Positions 46,223 to 56,903 are shown, numbered from the stretch's first letter. The stretch: DNA of 64,000 nt from Planctomycetota bacterium (GCA_038227875.1 JBBRPR010000009.1:128001-192000), one strand, 5' to 3'. Notes: a model not told the origin generated them from the letters alone. Numbers and translations: made by a program.

Positions 46223-49117
46223 TTACTCTTCGACTTCGACGGTCACCGTGACCGGGTTGCCGCCGCGCACACCGTCACTCACGGCCAGATCGAATTTGTA
46301 AACGCCAGGCGAGCGGATCTTGAAGCTGACTTGCTTGTCGGCCATCTGTTCGGCCCGAAGCGCCAGGTCCTCGCCACCGGTCTGTTCCCAGACACAGTAA
46401 AGCGGCTTGTCCTTCGGCCCGATGCTCGCGCTGCCGTCGAGGATCACCAAGCCGCGGACCTTCGATTGCACGGTCGTATTCTTGACCAGCGCAATCGCGC
46501 CGACGTATTCGGAGAGCTCACGGAACGCGCTAATCAGCGCTTCGTCGCCAGGCTTTACGGCCCACGCGCCGCGGTACATGGCCTCGGCTTCTTCGAACGA
46601 TTGCGCGGCCTTGATCTTGTCGTCCTCGGTCTTCAACGCGGCATGGCCCAGCGCGTCCTGGAAGGCCCGTTTGCCGGCGGCCAGTGCGCCCTCGAAGTCC
46701 TTCGGAATCGGAGGCAGCGGACGCTTGGGGTGGGGCGGACGCGGATCCTTTTTCTTAGGCGGATCGCGCGGCGGCGGCAGCGGCGCAGGGCCCGTCGCCT
46801 TCGCCGGGTCGGTCTTCGGGGGATCGGTCTTCGCGACTTTTTTCGGGTCGGGTTTCGTCTCTGTCTTCGGCGGATCGACCTTGGCCGGCGCCGGGTCGGG
46901 CGTCTTGGGAGGATCCACTTTCGCGGTGTCGGTCTTGGCCGGCTCCGTCTTCGGCGGATCGGTCTTCACGTCTTCAGTCTTGGGGGGATCGGTCTTGACG
47001 ACTTCATCAGGCTTCTTGGCGGGCGCGCCGGTGGCCTTCGTGACCTCCGCCAGCAAGGTCGCATCGGGCGTGTAGCCGAGCTCCTGGAGCGCGGTGAGGT
47101 GCTTCATCGCCTCGGCATCCTGCTGCGTACCGTGTAGCGCAATGGCCAGATCGCGGTGGATGCGGTAATCGCTGACCTTCGCGGAATTGGCTTGCGATTC
47201 GGCCGTTTGTAACGAGGACAGCGCGCTGGAGTAGTCCTTGGTGCCCAGCACGGCTGAGCCGTAATTCCACATGATCTCCCACGACACCTGCTTGTTGGTG
47301 CCGGTGCCGCGGCGGTACCATTCGCGGGCTTCATCCATCGCGCCGCCGCGGGCGTTGCAGTGGCCGACATACATCATGGCTCCCGCGTCGCCGGCGTTGG
47401 CGGCTTCTTCGAATTTCAACACAGCCGGCGCGAATTCCCGCAGCTCGAACAACGCCACGCCCAGGTCGTACGCGGTCTTCAGGTCCTGCGGATTGGCGGC
47501 CAGCGCGTCGGTCAGCGTCTGCTTGGCGTCCTTGTAATTTCCCGCCTTCATCAGCTTCACGCCCTGCTTGTGAAGGTCGTCGGCCTTGGCCGGATCAACT
47601 TTCACGGGCTCCGTTTTTTCCGGTCCCTTGGCGGGAGCCGGCGCGGGGTCCGTGGTCGTTGTTTTCGGAGGCATGGCATCCGTGGTCTTGACCGGCGGAG
47701 TCGGCGGCGGATTGGCGGACGCGATGTCGGTCTTGTGTGTTTCGGGTGGTTTGGTTTCCGTGGTCTTTGCCGGTTCGGTGGTGCCGGTCAGGGGCGTGTT
47801 GCCGACTTCCGTTCCGGTCGCAACGGGCTTTTCGCTGGGATCTTCTTCGACCTGCACTTCCACTTCCACCGGCTTGCTCGACACCCCGTTGGCGGAGACG
47901 GTCAGTTCGAAGCGATAAACGCCGGCTTCCGGAATGCGCATGCCGATGCGGTCCTTGGTCAACGCGTCGGGCGTGAGCGCCAGGTCCGGTCCTGAAGTCT
48001 GCGACCAATGGAATTGCAGCGGGCCGCGGCCGATGCTGTTGCGCGCGTCCAGTTCCACGAGCTGATTGTGTTCGACCAGTTCCTGCCACGAGCCGGTCTT
48101 TTTGCAGGCGCGGGCGTGGATCAATTTCTTGGCCGGAATCGCGACGGGCTGATCGCCCTGAACCTGCGCCGGCAGAGGAACGGCCGTGTCATCAGAGGGC
48201 GCAGGACGCGCGACGAGTCCCGCCGAATCAATGCGCGCTTCGACCTGCGCTTCGCCGCGGAGCATCTGGCAGATGTCAAAGTTCCACACCAGCTTTGTGC
48301 CCTCGGTCTTCATCGCATTGCTGTTGCGGACCTTGCCTTTCAGATCGAGCACGAACTCCCAGCGGACGTTGTAAAACAGGAGCAGGTTCTTCTGGTAGAG
48401 ATCGCGGTTGCTGTCCTTGCCCTTGCGGAAGCGGTACGAACGGACGCCGGCTTCGGTGTCGAAGAACGACGCGCCGTTGAGCATGTAGAAGCCGCCGGTG
48501 TCGAAACCCTTGGCAAAGTTCGTCAGCGATTCGAACGTCTTGAACGAGAGCAGCCCGATGGTTTCGATCGACTTGCCGCTCGGCGCGTCGACGCGCGCTT
48601 CGAGATGCTTCATGCCTTCGTCCATGAAGTTGATCAGCTCGACTTTGCTGTATTGATTCTGGCGGAGGTCTTCTTCGGTGTAGGTCCGTTCCGGCTGGCC
48701 CATCAGGCGGTCAAAGCGCCGGCCGCATTCGGCCAGCAAGGTGCGGTCCGACCAGAGCGTCAGATTGCCGCTGCCGTCGGGTTGAAGTTCCAGCGTGACG
48801 CGATAGCCCACCTTGCTCTTGCCGCATTTGGCCAGGAGTTCCGCGTACTTGACGCGTCCAGAACCGGTCTCGGTCTGGAGATGATGGAGCAGCTGGCGTT
48901 CGGCGGCAGAACCCAGCGAGACGAGTTTATCGACGGCCGCTTTGGCGACCGCGGCATCCTTGTCACCGGCCTTCTCAATCAGATTTTCGACTTCGGGATC
49001 GGCGACGTAGGCGCCGCCATTACCGTTCGTGACGGGTGCATCGCCGGCAGCCCACGCAGGAACGTGACACGACAAAACACATAACGCCAGCGACCACAAA
49101 ACCGAACTTCGCAACAT
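46223..49117 (-). CDS. Large secreted multidomain protein (HEAT, PKD/Ig-like, TPR, KTDPP repeats)
   Basis: Signal peptide after SD GGAGG; two 'LDxxxS...WxQTxG...GVYxFxLxVS' Ig modules; TPR/Sel1-like helices; Pro/Lys/Thr repeats. Confidence 0.8.
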   Translation of the reverse strand: MLRSSVLWSLALCVLSCHVPAWAAGDAPVTNGNGGAYVADPEVENLIEKAGDKDAAVAKAAVDKLVSLGSAAERQLLHHLQTETGSGRVKYAELLAKCGKSKVGYRVTLELQPDGSGNLTLWSDRTLLAECGRRFDRLMGQPERTYTEEDLRQNQYSKVELINFMDEGMKHLEARVDAPSGKSIETIGLLSFKTFESLTNFAKGFDTGGFYMLNGASFFDTEAGVRSYRFRKGKDSNRDLYQKNLLLFYNVRWEFVLDLKGKVRNSNAMKTEGTKLVWNFDICQMLRGEAQVEARIDSAGLVARPAPSDDTAVPLPAQVQGDQPVAIPAKKLIHARACKKTGSWQELVEHNQLVELDARNSIGRGPLQFHWSQTSGPDLALTPDALTKDRIGMRIPEAGVYRFELTVSANGVSSKPVEVEVQVEEDPSEKPVATGTEVGNTPLTGTTEPAKTTETKPPETHKTDIASANPPPTPPVKTTDAMPPKTTTTDPAPAPAKGPEKTEPVKVDPAKADDLHKQGVKLMKAGNYKDAKQTLTDALAANPQDLKTAYDLGVALFELREFAPAVLKFEEAANAGDAGAMMYVGHCNARGGAMDEAREWYRRGTGTNKQVSWEIMWNYGSAVLGTKDYSSALSSLQTAESQANSAKVSDYRIHRDLAIALHGTQQDAEAMKHLTALQELGYTPDATLLAEVTKATGAPAKKPDEVVKTDPPKTEDVKTDPPKTEPAKTDTAKVDPPKTPDPAPAKVDPPKTETKPDPKKVAKTDPPKTDPAKATGPAPLPPPRDPPKKKDPRPPHPKRPLPPIPKDFEGALAAGKRAFQDALGHAALKTEDDKIKAAQSFEEAEAMYRGAWAVKPGDEALISAFRELSEYVGAIALVKNTTVQSKVRGLVILDGSASIGPKDKPLYCVWEQTGGEDLALRAEQMADKQVSFKIRSPGVYKFDLAVSDGVRGGNPVTVTVEVEE

Positions 49118-49255
49118 CAAACGCAAACCTCCGGGTAAAGGCCGTAAGCTTATACACTTTAGACGCCGATGCACATTATGAATTGGAGGAATTTTGCGAA
49201 AAATGACACGGAAAGGAGCGCTATAAGGAGGGATTGCAACACGGCTTGGATGAAA

Positions 49256-49286
49256 GCGGATGACGGACTAAAAGTCCGCCATCCGC
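49256..49286. repeat. Intergenic hairpin (terminator/REP-like)
   Basis: GCGGATGACGGACT-AAA-AGTCCGCCATCCGC. Confidence 0.6.
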
Positions 49287-49293
49287 ACCAAAT

Positions 49294-49641
49294 TCAATCT
49301 TTGACACGCACCCAGAAATTTACGATCTTACCGCCGGACTTGTCGGGCTGTTCGACGCGCATCGCATCGGGATTCTTGGAGTTGAAGGTGCAGGTGACGG
49401 GTCCGTAAGAAAACTGCGTGCCGACCAGACCTTCGACCCACTTGCCCGTCAACAGTTCCTTCGTGCCGTCGGTCTTTTTGCAGATGATCTCGAACTCCTT
49501 CGGGTTGTTCGGAATGATGAACACATTGCCCGAGGTCGACTTCCAGACGCCGATGGCGCTGGCGGCATGCGCTTCTCCAACGCAGACGGCCGAAATCAGA
49601 AATGCAGCGCCCAAGGTGTACGCGCGAACGGACGCGATCAT
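49294..49641 (-). CDS. Small secreted beta-barrel-like hypothetical protein
   Basis: Signal peptide ending AHA, IGVWKSTSG motif; SD GAGGGGG. Confidence 0.75.
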   Translation of the reverse strand: MIASVRAYTLGAAFLISAVCVGEAHAASAIGVWKSTSGNVFIIPNNPKEFEIICKKTDGTKELLTGKWVEGLVGTQFSYGPVTCTFNSKNPDAMRVEQPDKSGGKIVNFWVRVKD

Positions 49642-49740
49642 AGCCCCCTCTTTTAACTCAATTCACATAGGCAGAGACACGATGTGCTGCACTATGTGCT
49701 CAATGGAGGATTTCTAGCGAATGTTTCTGCGCTGTCAACG

Positions 49741-51831
49741 CTATTTATTGATCGCCCAGCCGGCCCAGACCACCTGCAGGCGCTTGGAGTCGCTGCTGTA
49801 CACTTTCTGGATGGCGTGTTCGCTGTCGAGACCTTCGCGGATCGCGACGACCAGTTTGGGGAAGAGTTTTGGTTCGTTGCTGATGAAGAAATTGACCATC
49901 GAGTAGCAGGTCAGATAGTCGAGCGCCGTTGAGCCGATCGGGACCATATTGAAGACGAGGTCCCACGTTTTCAGCTTGGCTTGCGCGGCGTACTTCTTGA
50001 TTTCCGTGTCCCAGTTTTCGCCGAAGTGAACTTCGTTCTTCTCGTACTGAAAGGCGTAGACGAGGTTCTTCTTGGTGATTACGTTTTCGCACCACGACGC
50101 GAAACCCAGGCGCAGCCACGCGGGGGCTTTGTTGTCGGTGGCGCGCATCATCAGCATTTCGCCAAACTGATAGAGCGCCATGCTGCGCGCGCCGGTGCCG
50201 CCGGCGCGTTGCGCGTTCAAGACGGCCATGTGCGGCAGCATGAAGCCGGTGGATTGTTTCTCCAGCGACCAATCGCCTTTTGGATCCTGCGCTTTCAGCG
50301 CGTCGAGGAAGAGCATGTAGCCGGCTTGATCGGCGCCGATCAGGATCTGATCGGTCTCCGGCCGTGTCTGCGCCAGCACGGTGCAGAACTCCGTTGTCTG
50401 CAACTGCATCGTCAGTTGTTCGATGGCGTTGGCGACAATCTTGAGTTCGCTTTCCGGCAGGGTCGAACGGAGCGTGATGTGATGGGTTTCAACGTACGAC
50501 AATTTGGCGCCGGCAAGTTCCTCCCATTTCTTATGAGCGGCCATCGCGCCTTCCAGGCGCGTCTTTTCAGCGGCGACCAACGTGCTGGGATCCTTGGTCG
50601 CGGCGCATTTGGTGCAAAAGCGGAACGGTACCGCGTTGGCGGCGGTACTCGCCGTGATCGCTTCGGTACCGGCGTGAATGTACGACTTCAATCCAATCAA
50701 CGGCAGGTAGCCGGTGCCCAGACATTGAGGACAGATAGGAACTGGCGGAGGCGGAGCTGCCTTGGCTGGCGCCACGGGCTCGGCAGGTTTGGTGGCGACT
50801 TTTTTCTCCGGCGCATCGGCATCCGCAGGCGCGGAAGCCGGATCCGGACGCGTAGATTTCGGCTTGGCGACGTCTGGCGTGTCATCGGGCGCGTCGTTCA
50901 TCGCGGGAGTGGAGGGCGCTTTTTCGGGCGGCTTCGTTTTCTTTGATGCGCCGACATCGACGTCGTCTTCGGGCGGCGGTAATTTCTTATCGGCGGCAGC
51001 GGCTTCGGCGAGTTTCTTCGCTTCCGCGGCGGCCATGGAGTCGGCGACTTTCTGCGCAAACGGAACTTCGCGCGGATCGTCCGGCGGGACGGACTTGGCG
51101 ACCGGTTCTTCCGTCTTCGCGGGCGGCATCGGTGGCAATGCCGGCGCTGGGGCTTCCGACGGCACGAGGACGATGTTTGGCTTCGGCGCTTCGGCGACTT
51201 TGATCGGAGCCTGTGTCGCCGGCGTTTGTGCGACCGGCGTCGTGGCGGCGGGCGGCGGCGAACCTGAGCCCAATTTGCCCGCGATAAATGCGATGCCGAA
51301 AATCAATCCCGCCACGGCTACGCCACCCACGGCGTAAACCAGCGGCGAACGCTTCCCTGCTTCCGCGGCGGCGCCGGGAACGACGGGAGCCTGGCGGCTG
51401 CCGACGACGAACGACGCGCCATCGTTTTCCGCCGGGACCATGATGTTGGCCTGGCAAACCGGACAGGGCGCCGCGCGGCCCGCGAGACCGGCGGGAAAGC
51501 CCGTGCGCTTGTCGCACGACGGACAGGTGAACGTGATGAATGAAAGACCTTTCGTCGCGGACGCTTTGCCGCTGGATGCGGATGCAGAGGCAGGGGCTGA
51601 AGCGGGCGGGGAAGGGGGTGTGGAAGAAACTTCGGCCGAGTCAGAGACTTCAGGAACCGCTGGATTGCCAGCGCTGCTTTTCACTTTGTCGATCGCGGTG
51701 CTATTGCTGGCGCCGATCGCCGGAATGCGAATCACTGTTTTGCAGGACGGACATTCACCCCTTTTACCCGCGTACTTTTCGGGCACGCGGATGGTCTTGT
51801 TGCAATTCACGCACTTGAATTCGATCGGCAT
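49741..51831 (-). CDS. Zinc-ribbon/TM/Pro-rich protein with degenerate gluzincin-like C-terminal domain
   Basis: Two CxxC..G...CPxC ribbons, TM, Pro/Ala linker, CPQC..CTKC, ETHH, PAWL..GFA, Y..CYS.V.F; ATG after SD GGAG. Confidence 0.75.
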   Translation of the reverse strand: MPIEFKCVNCNKTIRVPEKYAGKRGECPSCKTVIRIPAIGASNSTAIDKVKSSAGNPAVPEVSDSAEVSSTPPSPPASAPASASASSGKASATKGLSFITFTCPSCDKRTGFPAGLAGRAAPCPVCQANIMVPAENDGASFVVGSRQAPVVPGAAAEAGKRSPLVYAVGGVAVAGLIFGIAFIAGKLGSGSPPPAATTPVAQTPATQAPIKVAEAPKPNIVLVPSEAPAPALPPMPPAKTEEPVAKSVPPDDPREVPFAQKVADSMAAAEAKKLAEAAAADKKLPPPEDDVDVGASKKTKPPEKAPSTPAMNDAPDDTPDVAKPKSTRPDPASAPADADAPEKKVATKPAEPVAPAKAAPPPPVPICPQCLGTGYLPLIGLKSYIHAGTEAITASTAANAVPFRFCTKCAATKDPSTLVAAEKTRLEGAMAAHKKWEELAGAKLSYVETHHITLRSTLPESELKIVANAIEQLTMQLQTTEFCTVLAQTRPETDQILIGADQAGYMLFLDALKAQDPKGDWSLEKQSTGFMLPHMAVLNAQRAGGTGARSMALYQFGEMLMMRATDNKAPAWLRLGFASWCENVITKKNLVYAFQYEKNEVHFGENWDTEIKKYAAQAKLKTWDLVFNMVPIGSTALDYLTCYSMVNFFISNEPKLFPKLVVAIREGLDSEHAIQKVYSSDSKRLQVVWAGWAINK

Positions 51832-52148
51832 GTCGTCTCCGTGGAGTTCCCTTACAAAAGTAAGTCGATATAACTGACTAACCCACTGCACAAAGGCTTA
51901 GGCGGAAATGCGGAATTCAAAAGTTGAATTACATTTCGGCAACCTCTGTATCACGCTTTCTCCGTGCACGATGAGAACTTCGCTGCTAAATCGTGCCGCC
52001 TGAACACGAAGCATCCAAAATATTTGAAGTTTGCATTTTCATTTCCAGTCCATTCCGTAAAAATAAGCGCACATTCAAGTTGAGCTGTTTTCAGAGTGCT
52101 CGAATTTCAACCCTCGCGCACCTCACTCCGGGGATCACTGTGGCTGGC

Positions 52149-53246
52149 GTGCAGTCCGAATCCATTTCCGTGCCCACCTTTGTCCCCGCTGAAAATCCGG
52201 TTCCAGCCCCGGCTGCGGCGGAAGGTAAGTTCACACAAAAAGCGATCTCGATCGTCATCCCGCTGCTCAATGAAGAGAAAAACGTCCCCATTCTTTACCA
52301 GCGCCTGGTGGCCGCGCTGGAGCCGCTGGGACGCAGCTACGAAATCATTCTCGTCAACGATGGCTCCCAGGACTCGACGTCCAGCCTGATCGCTGCGCTG
52401 GCCGAACGCGACAAGAACATCGTCGCCATCGATTTCCGCCGCCGCTACGGACAGACCGCGGCGATGACCGCCGGCATCGACTACGCCGTCGGTGAAGTCA
52501 TCATCTGCATGGACGGCGATCTGCAAAACGATCCGACCGACATCGGCCGCCTGCTGGCCAAACTCGATGAAGGCTTCGACGTGGTCTGCGGCTGGCGCGA
52601 GAAGCGCAAAGATCCATTCATCCGCACGCTGCCGTCGCGCATCGCCAACATGCTGATCTCGCGTATCAGCGGCGTGCGCTTGCACGATTACGGCTGCACG
52701 CTCAAAGCCTTCCGTCATGAATTTGCCAAGGAGATCCGTCTCTACGGCGAGATGCACCGCTTCATTCCGATCTACGCGTCGTGGCAGGGCGCGCGCATCA
52801 CGGAAATTTCCGTCAACCATCATCCGCGCACGCTGGGCAAATCGAACTACGGACTCGAACGGACAATGAAAGTCGTGCTCGACCTGATGGTCGTGCAGTT
52901 TCTTTCGACGTATTCGACCAAGCCGATTTACCTCTTCGGCGGCTTCGGGATTTTAAGTTGCCTGATGTCGGTCCTGGCCGGCGCGACGGCGCTGGTCTTG
53001 AAAATGCTCCCCGGCGTCACCACGCCGACGTCGTGGCACAAGGATCTGGTCAGCACGCCGTTGCCGGTGCTGTCGGTGGGCTTGTTCATCATGGGCATCC
53101 AGATGATCCTGATCGGGCTGCTGGCCGAAGTGCAGATCCGCACGTACTACGAATCGCAGAACAAGAGTATCTATCAGGTGAAGTGCGTGCGCGGACGCGC
53201 GGCGATCACCAGCACACCCAATTCCTTTGGTGGCGGAAAGAGTTGA
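52149..53246 (+). CDS. GT2 polyprenyl-phosphate glycosyltransferase (ArnC/DPM1-like)
   Basis: ISIVIPLLNE, VNDGSQD, YGQTAA..AG, MDGDLQNDP, DYGCTLKA, YGEMHRFIP, two C-terminal TMs; start uncertain (ORF from 51993). Confidence 0.9.
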   Translation: MQSESISVPTFVPAENPVPAPAAAEGKFTQKAISIVIPLLNEEKNVPILYQRLVAALEPLGRSYEIILVNDGSQDSTSSLIAALAERDKNIVAIDFRRRYGQTAAMTAGIDYAVGEVIICMDGDLQNDPTDIGRLLAKLDEGFDVVCGWREKRKDPFIRTLPSRIANMLISRISGVRLHDYGCTLKAFRHEFAKEIRLYGEMHRFIPIYASWQGARITEISVNHHPRTLGKSNYGLERTMKVVLDLMVVQFLSTYSTKPIYLFGGFGILSCLMSVLAGATALVLKMLPGVTTPTSWHKDLVSTPLPVLSVGLFIMGIQMILIGLLAEVQIRTYYESQNKSIYQVKCVRGRAAITSTPNSFGGGKS

Positions 53247-55235
53247 ATGTGCGGTATCGCCGGATTTGCTCATCCCCGTCACTGCAGCCTGCCACCTGAA
53301 AATCCTGACGTCATCCAGCGCATGCTCAGCACGCTGGCGCAGCGCGGCCCGGATGCGCAAGGCGTCTATCAGCACGAACGCGTGACACTGGGGCACCGGC
53401 GGCTGTCCGTGATCGACTTGAGCGGCGGCGCCCAGCCCATGAGTTCTCACGACGGCGCGCAGCTGACCGTCACCTTCAACGGCGAGATCTACAATTATCA
53501 GGAACTGAACACAGAACTGGCCGCGCTCGGTTTTCACGCGCAGACGCGTTCGGATACCGAAACGCTGCTCAACGCCTACGCCGCGTGGGGCGAGAAGTGC
53601 GTCGAGAAGTTCAACGGCATGTTCGCGTTCGTGATTCACGACCGCCGCGCCAACCGGCTCTTCGGCGCGCGCGACCGCATGGGCAAGAAGCCGTTTTACT
53701 ACGTGAGCTACCCGGCGTTCTTTGCCTTCGCCAGCGAACCCAAGGCGCTGCTGCAACACCCCGCGATCCGCCGCGAGATCGATCCCGACGCCGCGGCGCG
53801 GTATTTCATTTTTGAATTCGTTCCCGGCACCCGCGCCATTTTCAAAGGCATGCACAAGCTCGCCGCCGGCGAGCGCTTCACCTACGCGCTCGACACGGGT
53901 ACTCTGAAGGTGGAGACGTACTGGGACGTGCGCTTCGACGCGGTCGCCAAGGCGGCGCAACTGAGCGAGGCCGAATGGATCGAGCGCATCCAGTCGACGC
54001 TCGAGCGGGCCGTGCAGCGGCGCTTGATCTCCGACGTGCCGCTGGGTGTGTTTCTCTCCGGCGGCATCGACAGCTCGGCGATCGCGGCCGTGGCGGTGAA
54101 GCTGCGCCAGCCGCAGAAGGTCAGTACGTTCTCAATCGGATTCAGCGACAAGCGCTTCGACGAAAGTACGTACGCCAAGCGCATGGCCGAATTTCTGGGC
54201 ACCGACCATCACGAGGAGCATCTCGGCCCGCAGGCAGCGCTGGACATCCTGCCGCGCGTGCTCGAATTTCTCGACGAACCTTTCGCCGACGCGTCGATTC
54301 TGCCCTCGTACCTGCTCTCCCGTTTCGCGCGGCAGTTTGTGACCGTGGCGCTGGGCGGCGACGGTGGCGATGAACTCTTCGCCGGGTACGATACGTTTCG
54401 CGCGCTGCCGGCGGCGAAAATCTACAACGCGCTGGTGCCGGGATTTTTTCACCGCGGCGTGGTGCAACCGCTGGCGCGGCGGATCCCGGTTGTGTACGGC
54501 AACTTCACGTTCGACTTCAAGATCAAACAATTTCTGCGTGGCGTGAAACGTCCCGAGAACGAACGGCTCTGGAACTGGCTCGGCGCGTTTCTACCCGAGA
54601 GCGCGCTGGCGCTGCTGCAGCCGGAGTTCGCCGCCAGCCTGGACGGTTCACCGCTGCTGGAACAGACGCACCGGCTGCACGCCAACGTCGCGAACCTCGG
54701 GGCGATTGCGCGTGACAGTTATCTCTTCACCAAGACCTACCTGGTCGACGGCGTGATGGTGAAAGTCGACCGCGCGACGATGGCCTGTTCGCTCGAAGCG
54801 CGCTCGCCGCTGCTGGATCCGGAGTTCGTCGACCTGGCGTTTTCCATCCCGAGCCGTTTGAAAGTGCGGCGCAATGCGTTGAAATACATCTTCAAAAAGG
54901 CACTGCAAGTTCGCGTCCCGGACGATATTCTGCGCCGGCCGAAAAAGGGTTTCGGCGTTCCCGTGGGCGAATGGTTCCGCGGGCCTCTTCGCGACGCCTT
55001 GTGTGACACGCTTCATGAACGACGGCTGCGTGAAGGCGGCTATTTGAAGCCCGAGGCCGTGCAGAAATTGATCTCCGATCACTTGAGCGGCGCCAGCGAT
55101 AACCGCAAGGCACTGTGGACGGTCTTCATGTTCGAACGCTGGCGTGAGCGCTGGCTGAAAGCGGATTCGCCGCGCCCAGCGGATGCGGGCGGGATGCGCG
55201 CGAAAATCCAGGCACCCCTGAGGCACACGACGTAA
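53247..55235 (+). CDS. asnB: Asparagine synthase (glutamine-hydrolyzing) family amidotransferase
   Basis: MCGIAG, RGPD, FNGEIYN, SDTE, RDRMGKKP, LSGGIDSS, DEPFAD, GDGGDELFAGY, SLEARSP, RPKKGF. Confidence 0.94.
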   Translation: MCGIAGFAHPRHCSLPPENPDVIQRMLSTLAQRGPDAQGVYQHERVTLGHRRLSVIDLSGGAQPMSSHDGAQLTVTFNGEIYNYQELNTELAALGFHAQTRSDTETLLNAYAAWGEKCVEKFNGMFAFVIHDRRANRLFGARDRMGKKPFYYVSYPAFFAFASEPKALLQHPAIRREIDPDAAARYFIFEFVPGTRAIFKGMHKLAAGERFTYALDTGTLKVETYWDVRFDAVAKAAQLSEAEWIERIQSTLERAVQRRLISDVPLGVFLSGGIDSSAIAAVAVKLRQPQKVSTFSIGFSDKRFDESTYAKRMAEFLGTDHHEEHLGPQAALDILPRVLEFLDEPFADASILPSYLLSRFARQFVTVALGGDGGDELFAGYDTFRALPAAKIYNALVPGFFHRGVVQPLARRIPVVYGNFTFDFKIKQFLRGVKRPENERLWNWLGAFLPESALALLQPEFAASLDGSPLLEQTHRLHANVANLGAIARDSYLFTKTYLVDGVMVKVDRATMACSLEARSPLLDPEFVDLAFSIPSRLKVRRNALKYIFKKALQVRVPDDILRRPKKGFGVPVGEWFRGPLRDALCDTLHERRLREGGYLKPEAVQKLISDHLSGASDNRKALWTVFMFERWRERWLKADSPRPADAGGMRAKIQAPLRHTT

Positions 55236-56779
55236 TGCAAGTCCTGGACGATCGCAACTCGCTGCTTTTCGCAGCTGTACTGATTGTGTTCACCGCGGTG
55301 GCGTTTCAGGGCTCGCGCGCACTGTGGGAGCCCGACGAAGGCACGTTCAGCGCCGTCGCCGCCGAAATGTCCGATCGCGGCGATCTGCTGATGCCCACGC
55401 TGCACGGCAAACCGTATCCCGAAAAACCGCCGCTGATGTACTGGGGCATGATCGCCGGCCTGAAGGTGCTCGGCCGCAACGAATGGGGCGAGCGGATTTT
55501 CCACGGGTTCTGTTTCGCCGCGTGCGCGCTGCTGACGGGACTGCTCGGAGGGTCGATGTGGTCGCGGCGCGAAGGTTTGCTGGCCGCCATCATCTACGCG
55601 ACGATGGCCGTGCCCTTTGTCGCCGGAAATATTGCACGCCCCGACGGACCGCTGGCGCTGGGGACAACGCTGGCGCTGTATTGTTTCTGGAAAAGCGTCG
55701 GCTCGCAGCGCGTGGCGCTGTGGAAGCTGCTGATGTGCGCGGCGTTTGGCATCGCGTTCCTGGGAAAGGGACCGGCGGCGCTGGTCTTTGCGGCGCCGAT
55801 GTTCGTCTACCTGATCGCGCAGCGGAAAGTGATTTCGTATTTCCTCACACCGTGGGCGATTGTCGGTGCGGGGATTTTCGCCGTTGTCGGACTGTCGTGG
55901 TATTACTACATGGTCAAGACCGACCCGAAAATCCTGACGTACTTCTGGGACAACGAAGTTCACGGCCGCCTGGTCTCTCCCAAATACCGCCGCAACCCGG
56001 GGTTGATGGGCGCGCTGACGGTCTACGGTCCCGTGCTGCTGGGCGGCGCGCTGCCGTGGGCGTTCTTCTGGCCGAATTGGATCCGCAAACTTGCGCCCGG
56101 ATTCACCACACCCAAGTGGTGGCGCGAACTCTGCAACCGCCCCCAGGAACTGCTGCTCGCCACGTGGCTGATCGTGCCAACGATCGTGATGTGCCTGGCC
56201 AGTTCCAAGCTGCCGCTTTACCTGCTGCCGATTTTCCCAGCGTTTGCGCTGGCCACCGCGCGCGGGTGGACGCTGGTCTCGCCGGAGGCGCTCAGCGATG
56301 TCCGCATGCGTAAGTTCGCGGCGGGATTTGCGGTGCTGCTCGTGGCCATCCGCGCGGGTTCAGCGTACTTCCCCAGCGACAAGGATTCGCGGCGCTTCTG
56401 GAACGAGATGAAAACGATGATTCCCGCGAACACGAAGCAGTTCATCGCGATCGACCAGGATCTCAACGGGCTGGGCTTTTATTCGAACATTGAAATCGTC
56501 GAATCCACCAACCATGTGGAACTGTTTCCCGCGTTCGTGCCGCGCATCCTGTTGAGCGACAAGATCAAGGACATCGCCCAGAATAAGATCACCTGCGTGA
56601 TCATCACCAAGGCCAAGAACAAAGCGAATCTGGACAAATTCAAAGAGCTGCTCAACAGCTCCGGCATACCGTTCGAAGCGGTGCCCATGCCCTTCAAGCG
56701 CAAGCTGCTGATCTGCTACCCGGGCGCGAAAGACGATCCGCCACAGCCGACCAAGCCGCGAGACTCGGCGGGGTTGTAG
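55235..56779 (+). CDS. ArnT/GT83-PMT family glycosyltransferase
   Basis: LWEPDE, EM...GD...P.L.G....KPPL.YW, KG, LPW, SSKLPLYLLP; many TMs; TAATG overlap with asnB. Confidence 0.88.
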   Translation: MQVLDDRNSLLFAAVLIVFTAVAFQGSRALWEPDEGTFSAVAAEMSDRGDLLMPTLHGKPYPEKPPLMYWGMIAGLKVLGRNEWGERIFHGFCFAACALLTGLLGGSMWSRREGLLAAIIYATMAVPFVAGNIARPDGPLALGTTLALYCFWKSVGSQRVALWKLLMCAAFGIAFLGKGPAALVFAAPMFVYLIAQRKVISYFLTPWAIVGAGIFAVVGLSWYYYMVKTDPKILTYFWDNEVHGRLVSPKYRRNPGLMGALTVYGPVLLGGALPWAFFWPNWIRKLAPGFTTPKWWRELCNRPQELLLATWLIVPTIVMCLASSKLPLYLLPIFPAFALATARGWTLVSPEALSDVRMRKFAAGFAVLLVAIRAGSAYFPSDKDSRRFWNEMKTMIPANTKQFIAIDQDLNGLGFYSNIEIVESTNHVELFPAFVPRILLSDKIKDIAQNKITCVIITKAKNKANLDKFKELLNSSGIPFEAVPMPFKRKLLICYPGAKDDPPQPTKPRDSAGL

Positions 56780-56903
56780 GGCGAACTTCAGCCTCGAATA
56801 GATTAATCGAGCCAAAATCCCGCGAGGGGCCGGGCCGGGCCACACCTCGCGGGTTAGTCGCTCGATTTATTCACAATCCCTCTTTGGGGTTGAAAGCCAA
56901 AAC

